64,000 nt of DNA from Pristiophorus japonicus. Its lineage: Eukaryota. The DNA lies in the NCBI RefSeq assembly GCF_044704955.1, contig NC_092006.1:806001-870000 (forward strand), in the 5' to 3' direction. Shown here piece by piece: positions 58,101-64,000 of the stretch. Under the pieces are notes generated by a model. That model was not told where the DNA came from. It worked only from the letters and a program-made list of their open reading frames with translations, and did not search any database. Every line of letters begins with the position of its first letter. Within the stretch, counting starts at the first letter, position 1. The position numbers and the translations under genes were made by a program.

Positions 58101-58847
58101 GGTGAGCGGGACTGGGTGCGAGCTAGGACACGTGGCAGTGAGCACAGGGGGTGATGGGTGATTGGTACTCGGTGTGAGTTAGGACACGGGGCAGTGAGCA
58201 CAGGAGGTGAAGGGTGAGCGGGACTGGGTGTGAGTTAGGACACGGGGTCAGTGAGCACAGGGGGTGATGGGTGAGTGGGATTCGGTGTGAGTTAGGACAC
58301 GTGGCAGCGAGCACGGGGTGATGGGTGAGTGGGACTGGGTGTGAGTTAGGACACGGGGCAGTGAGCACAGGGGGTGATGGGTGAGTGGGACTGGGTGTGA
58401 GTTAGTACACGGGGCAGTGAGCACAGGGGGTGATGGGTGAGTGGGACTGGGTGTGAGTTAGGACACGTGGCAGCGAGCACGGGGTGATGGGTGAGCGGGA
58501 CTCGGTGTGAGTTAGGACACGTGGCAGTGAGCACGGGGTGATGGGTGAGTGGGACTGGGTGTGAGTTAGGACACTGGGTCAGTGAGCACAGGGGGTGATG
58601 GGTGAGTGGGACTCGGTGTGTGTTAGGACACGGAGCAGTGAGCACAGGGGGTGATGGGTGAGTGGGACTGGGTGTGAGGTAGGACACTGGGTCAGTGAGC
58701 ACAGGGGGTGATGGGTGAGTGGGACTGGGTGTGAGGTAGGACACTGGGTCAGTGAGCACAGGGGGTGATGGGTGAGTGGGACTGGGTGTGAGTTAGTACA
58801 CGGGGCAGTGAGCACAGGGGGTGATGGGTGAGCGGGACTTGGTGCGC
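55160..58847. repeat. ~54-57-bp minisatellite (GGGGCAGTGAGCACAGGGGGTGATGGGTGAGCGGGACTGGGTGTGAGTTAGGACAC), ~65 copies
   Basis: Direct repetition over ~3.7 kb within a GBA1 intron. Confidence 0.97.
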
Positions 58848-58990
58848 CCTCCTCCAGCCTTGGATGCTTTCATGCACCCTTCAATCCTGATTCTGACCTT
58901 TTTATGAATCGATGGCAGAGCTGGATATCGCTGAGCTTTTAAATCCATCTCCACATTTCCAGTTCCTTTAATGATGACATGTTTTCCTAG

Positions 58991-59137
58991 GTCTGCAGCT
59001 GACCTTTGACGTGAAGAAGAAGTACCAGCGGATAAAAGGATTTGGTGGTGCAGTAACCGATGCTGCAGCGATTAACATTCTGTCTCTTTCTGCTGGATCC
59101 CAGGAAAATCTCCTCCGATCCTACTTCTCTGAAGAAG
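58991..59137 (+). CDS. GBA1: GBA1 exon, 147 nt (human exon 4 equivalent)
   Basis: [40 protein letters not shown]; TAG| acceptor and |GT donor. Confidence 0.97.
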
Positions 59138-59618
59138 GTTTGTGTGAAACAGAATTAAAGTTCAGCCAGGCTGCACTGCGATCAGAATCCTGACCAAGCA
59201 ATATGGTTCCACGCTCAGTGCTCTCACCTCCTGCTGCTTTGCTGCAGTGCTGCCCAGTTTCCCGTGTGCCTCTCCCTGCACAACAGCAAAGGTCTGCTCT
59301 GGAAACACTGACATTGCTGAGCAATTTTGTTGAATGCATTAATCTACTTAATACTACCTCAGAGAAAGAGTAGAAACATTTATAGGAACATAAAAGGCCA
59401 TTAGACCCAACACGTCTGTCCCTTTTTCGATCAACCCCACCTAGCCACCTTCTCACCGCCTCCCTCAATCCCTCAATCCCTCAATCCCTCAAACGCCCGC
59501 CGCCTCCCTCGAACCCCCGCTGTCACCCATGAGCAGAGATTGAGCAGACTAGACCTATTTTGTCTCGAGTATAGAACAGGTATAATCGGTGATAGACCGT
59601 ATCCCTACAGGTATAGTC

Positions 59619-59818
59619 NNNNNNNNNNNNNNNNNNNNNNNNNNNNNNNNNNNNNNNNNNNNNNNNNNNNNNNNNNNNNNNNNNNNNNNNNNNNNNNNNN
59701 NNNNNNNNNNNNNNNNNNNNNNNNNNNNNNNNNNNNNNNNNNNNNNNNNNNNNNNNNNNNNNNNNNNNNNNNNNNNNNNNNNNNNNNNNNNNNNNNNNNN
59801 NNNNNNNNNNNNNNNNNN
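59619..59818. other. Assembly gap (200 N), probably hiding a GBA1 exon
   Basis: N run located where the exon 5 equivalent is expected. Confidence 0.95.
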
Positions 59819-59828
59819 CTCTCTCCAG

Positions 59829-60001
59829 ATCCCAATAGTGCAGGCGGCCCGGGCCCTGTCCCAACGCCCCTTGTCCTTGTTTGCAAGTCCATGGAGTGCT
59901 CCAGCCTGGATGAAAACCAGCAATTCAACAGTTGGGAAGGGGACGTTAAAGGGAGAACCTGGGGGAGAATACTACACGTCCTGGGCAAACTACTTCATCA
60001 G
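59829..60001 (+). CDS. GBA1: GBA1 exon, 173 nt (human exon 6 equivalent)
   Basis: IPIVQAARALSQRPLSLFASPWSAPAWMKTS...GTLKGEPGGEYYTSWANYFIR; AG/GT boundaries. Confidence 0.97.
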
Positions 60002-60821
60002 GTGAGAGAGACAATATGATTGGATCCATGCCTCTGACAGTAGCCCCGCCCCCATGTTCTCTCACCGAACATGTGGCGACATCACATCTGACATTGATGT
60101 GGAGTTGCTGGAAGATGCAGGGAGTACCAGGGGCAGGTCGGCTTGGCTGTCTTTCAGTCCCTGAGGGGGATGTGCTGTTCCTCATGGTCCTGCGTGAGAT
60201 CTGGGACCCCACTGGTTTGCATCACTTGGCCTTGTGCAATTCTGTTCTTTAACTCCAATTAAAATCTGTAGACTTAGGAACAAGACATGCCAGTCACAAA
60301 GTCAAACGCTAGCTTTTTTGTTCCCTTTTCTGGCCTCTGATCTGAGCAGTACTTTGACACAGGTTATTAATCTCTTTCTAAAAGAATGACACACAGGAAA
60401 TCACAGTCAGAGAGAGGCCATTCTCCCTATTGTGCCTGTGTCAAGAGCACTTCAGCTAGTCCCATGCCCCCGCATTCCCGCACTTCCTGTAAGTCTCCAC
60501 AAGACCCGTTTCACCTGTAGGGTATGTCATTTTCCAACCCGTTTCCCCCATACTTCCCCGTGCCCCCCTAGTTACTCAACCTCCCCATCACATGCCGGTG
60601 ATCAAAAACTCCTCTGGTCACACAGCACCGAGTCTCCACTTTCAGGGACTTAAACTCTCACGTGCTGCTTTTAATTATCATCCCAAGCTAAAAAGGGGAC
60701 GATTTAGGTTACGGTTTCAACAATTTAATCTTGTAGCAGGATGAGACTAATCTCCAGTTTATCTTGCTGTCCATTTTCTATCAGTCTTATGCTGTTTCAC
60801 AGTTGGGTTCCCCCTCTCTAG

Positions 60822-61059
60822 GTTTCTGGATGAATATGCAAAACACAACCTCACTTTCTGGGCAGTGACAGCACAGAATGAACCCACCACAGGGTTCATA
60901 ACAGACTACAGCTTCCAGTCCATGGGGTTCACAGCGGAGATGCAGCGAGATTTCATTGTGCTTAATCTTGGGCCTGCGTTACAGAACAGTACTCACAAGA
61001 ACGTGCAGCTAATGATCCTTGATGACCAGAGAATCTTGTTACCATACTGGGCAAAAGTG
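60822..61059 (+). CDS. GBA1: GBA1 exon, 238 nt, containing the acid/base Glu (NEP)
   Basis: [24 protein letters not shown]...QRDFI..LGPAL...[13 protein letters not shown]; AG/GT boundaries. Confidence 0.97.
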
Positions 61060-61414
61060 GTGAGCACAATTTGAGAATAAGAATCAGAAATGACAGCCAG
61101 GTAGATCTAAAATCAGCCTTTTATTGGTAACTAAGCTAGACTGATGGATCAAGGCATTCAGTGTAAATTCTGCTTCCCTCGTATGTACCTGTGCTGAAAT
61201 TTATCAACAAAATCTCCCAGTTACCTGACCCATATTGAGTCATCCCAGCACCACAGCGCGTTGGAGGCGAGTTACATTTCCATTTTTATCTGAATTTGGG
61301 TTCGGGTTTATCCGAGTTAATGTTTCTCTTTCATCCAGTGAAATGACACCTGTAGAGCACCAAAGACATCGTCCCACAGTGCAGTGATATTACAGCACTG
61401 ATGGGCTGGTCTCA

Positions 61415-61875
61415 GATTGAGGTTTGTGTGAGTGAGGGGTGCCGAGGGGGAGGGGACTCCACAGGCAGACGAGTGCGCGAGGGGAGGGGTAATTATGGGA
61501 GGTTTGTGTGGGTGAGGGATGCACGGGGGGAGTGGGAAGAGGAGACTGCAAGGGGGGAGGGGTGTACGAGGGAGGATTGTGAGCAAGGGGTGCGAGGGGG
61601 AGGTTTGTGTGTAGGGGGGGAAGTGGGGTGCGCGGGGGGGGGGAGAGGAGACTGAGGGGGGAGAGGTGCATGAGGGCGGTTTGTGAGTAAGGGGTGCATG
61701 GGGGAGGGGGAGGTTTGTGTAGTGGGGGGGGGTGGGAGGGGAGTGCACGAGGGAGGTTTATGTGGGGGAGGGGAGTGCCGGGGGGGGGGGGGGTGAGGGG
61801 TGCAGGGTGGGGTGGGGGAGGGAGGGGAGTGCAAGGGATGAGTGTGGGGGAGGGGTGCACGGGGGGGGTGGGGAA
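61415..61875 (+). repeat. G-rich low-complexity tract
   Basis: Degenerate GGGAGGTTTGTG / GGGGTGCACG repeats. Confidence 0.75.
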
Positions 61876-62067
61876 GGATAAACATTGTGTATTTTTCTGC
61901 CCCCTGAACCCGGCTCGGGCAATCGATGAACAGTGAGACCAGGCCACTTGCCCTGATGCCGCCGAAGCAGGGGATCGGCCTGGGGACTAGTCTGACCTGG
62001 TCTTAGCTGGATGTAGCCAAGGCTCAACAACACTCGCACTAAAAGGGTTTTTCCTTCCTTGTATCAG

Positions 62068-62292
62068 GTCCTGGACGATGTGCGTGCTGCTCAGTATGTG
62101 CACGGCATTGGTGTTCACTGGTACCTCGACCTGCTGATTCCGCCTGATAAAACTCTGGGTGCCACACACCATCTTTTCCCAGAATATTACCTATTTGCCA
62201 CTGAGGCCTGCACCGGATACATGCCATGGGAACACACGGTGCAGCTGGGCAGCTGGGAACGCGGTGCTATGTACAGCTACGACATCATCCAG
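62068..62292 (+). CDS. GBA1: GBA1 exon, 225 nt, containing the nucleophile Glu (TEAC)
   Basis: [15 protein letters not shown]...LFATEACTG...[16 protein letters not shown]; donor CAG|GTGAGT. Confidence 0.97.
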
Positions 62293-62354
62293 GTGAGTGG
62301 GCCGAGAGGGAGAGGGCGACTGAATAGAGCGAGTGCAGATAGTCCAAACCCTGG

Positions 62355-62880
62355 CAGGCTGTGACCCCGGGCCCTGCCGGGCCGTCTCGCCCCGCAATGA
62401 CCCCAGGCCGTGACCCCAGCCGGGCCGTCCCGCCCCGCAGTGACCCCAGGTCGTGACCCCAGGCCTGGTCCCGCAGTGACCCTGGGCCCTGCCGGGCCGT
62501 CCCACCCCGCAGTGACCCCGAACCTCACCCCGCAGTGACCCCAGCCCAGCCGGGCCGTCTCGCCCCGCAGTGACCCCAGGCACTGCCCCGCAGTGACCCC
62601 AGGCCCTGCCCTGCAGTGACCCCGGGCCGTGACTCCGGGCCCTGCAGTAACCCCAGGCCCCGCCCCGCCGTGACCCTGGGCCGTGACTCCGGGCCCTGCA
62701 GTAACCCCAGGCCCCGCCCCGCCGTGACTCCGGGCCTGCAGTGACCCCAGGCCCCGCCCCGCCGTGACCCTGGGCCGTGACTCCGGGCCCTGCAGTGACC
62801 CCAGGCCCCGCCCCGCAGTGACCCTGAGCCGTGCCCCAGGCCCCGCCCCGCCGTGATTCCGTCCCTGCAGTGACCCCGCA
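62355..62880. repeat. GC-rich imperfect repeat (CAGTGACCCCAGGCCCCGCCCCG-like)
   Basis: Recurrent GTGACCCC/GTGACTCC units within the intron. Confidence 0.85.
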
Positions 62881-63234
62881 CAGTGCCGGTGGGATTCTGT
62901 ACATGTCCCGCAATGAGTCTGTTATTTGAATTGTGATGGCTGTGTGCTAACCCATGGGGAACAATCTATGGCGTTGTCCCATCTCTCTGCTCACTGCCTC
63001 CTGGTGTCTGGTTAAGTGACATTGGTAAGGCTGCCCCATTAGCCTCAGTACCACCAGCCAATGCAAAGTAAAATCACACTGGTTCCTTTATAATCATTAT
63101 CCAGAGTAGCAATGCAGTAGCCTGGGAATGGTTGGGTGGGCCTGACATGGAGTAATCTTGGCTCTGGGAATACTGAGGAGGGGGAACAGATCGTGAAATG
63201 CTGATATTTCTGTTGTTTCTGACACACACTGCAG

Positions 63235-63398
63235 AATCTGAATTATTTTGTAGCCGGTTGGACAGATTGGAACATTGCCTTAGACTTGCAAGGTGGCCCG
63301 AACTGGGTAAAAAACTTTGCAGACAGCCCAGTGATTGTGGAGAGCCGTCAGGACACCTTTTACAAACAGCCCATGTTCTATCACATGGCACACTTCAG
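63235..63398 (+). CDS. GBA1: GBA1 exon, 164 nt (human exon 9 equivalent); gene continues beyond the window
   Basis: Manual translation [55 protein letters not shown]; donor CAG|GTAAGA. Confidence 0.97.
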
Positions 63399-63569
63399 GT
63401 AAGAGCTGTTTGTCTTGTACATGATACAGTTCCACAGCGTGTGGAGCACACAAAACCAAATAAACCTTCCCTACCGTTATTGGTGTTCATCAAACACCAT
63501 TCAGTGTGACAGGACTTTATACTGAGAATATGTTCCTTTTGCAATATTATCCCCACAGCTCACAGGTAG

Positions 63570-64000
63570 CAGGTAGACACCAGCCCCGAGCTCTCCCCGC
63601 AGGTAGACACCAGCCCCGAGCTCTCCCCACAGGTAGGCACCAGCCCCGAGCTCTCCCCGCAGGTAGGCACCAGCCCTGAGCTCTCCCCGCAGGTAAACAC
63701 CAGCCCCGAGCTCTCCCCGCAGGTAGACACCAGCCCCGAGCTCTCCCCGCAGGTAAACACCAGCCCCGAGCTCTCCCCGCAGGTAGACACCAGCCCCGAG
63801 CTCTCCCCGCAGGTAGACACCAGCCCCGAGCTCTCCCCACAGGTAGACACCAGCCCCGAGCTCTCCCCGCAGGTAGACACCAGCCCCGAGCTCTCCCCAC
63901 AGGTAGACACCAGCCCCGAGCTCTCCCCACAGGTAGACACCAGCCCCGAGCTCTCCCCGCAGGTAGACACCAGCCCCGAGCTCTCCCCGCAGGTAGACAC
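63570..64000. repeat. 30-bp minisatellite (CAGGTAGACACCAGCCCCGAGCTCTCCCCG), at least 14 copies, running off the window
   Basis: Exact 30-bp period. Confidence 0.97.

Noticed and set aside
55047-58815. Many His/Cys/Pro-rich ORFs (CPNSHPVPLTHH) resembling metal-binding repeats
   Set aside because: Reading frames of the L2-derived minisatellite, frequently frameshifted.
3810-64000. 30-58-bp tandem arrays as CRISPR arrays
   Set aside because: Units are head-to-tail with no unique spacers, there are no cas genes, and the context is vertebrate intronic DNA.

Overview
This is eukaryotic, repeat-rich vertebrate DNA, most likely a cartilaginous fish (shark). That call is inferred from the CR1/L2/RTE LINEs, DeuSINE-type SINEs and Penelope-type LTR present; the species cannot be determined. 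There are no prokaryotic features. Recognisable genes: (1) CHTOP on the minus strand, with a non-coding exon 1 (~45.4 kb) and coding exons at 33713-33777 and 29463-29613; its remaining exons are absent, probably lost at the assembly gap at 25876-26288. (2) GBA1 (lysosomal glucocerebrosidase) on the plus strand, head-to-head with CHTOP; seven coding exons are visible from 50280 to 63398, one falls in a 200-N gap, and the gene continues past the window. (3) An unidentified minus-strand gene whose CpG-island promoter and first exon lie at ~25.1-25.75 kb. Main observations: an apparently intact full-length CR1 LINE (SGNH-esterase ORF1, EN-RT ORF2) whose 5' end is ~32 tandem 58-bp TATA-box monomers; a 54-bp x4 repeat carrying four CLEAR-like E-boxes in the CHTOP/GBA1 bidirectional promoter; three candidate CHTOP regulatory elements (a uORF ending TAATG on the start codon, a long intron-2 hairpin, a PTC-generating alternative acceptor); a Penelope-derived hammerhead motif in CHTOP intron 1; and several minisatellites visibly derived from TE sequence. 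All were read by eye with no database searches, and TE boundaries are approximate.
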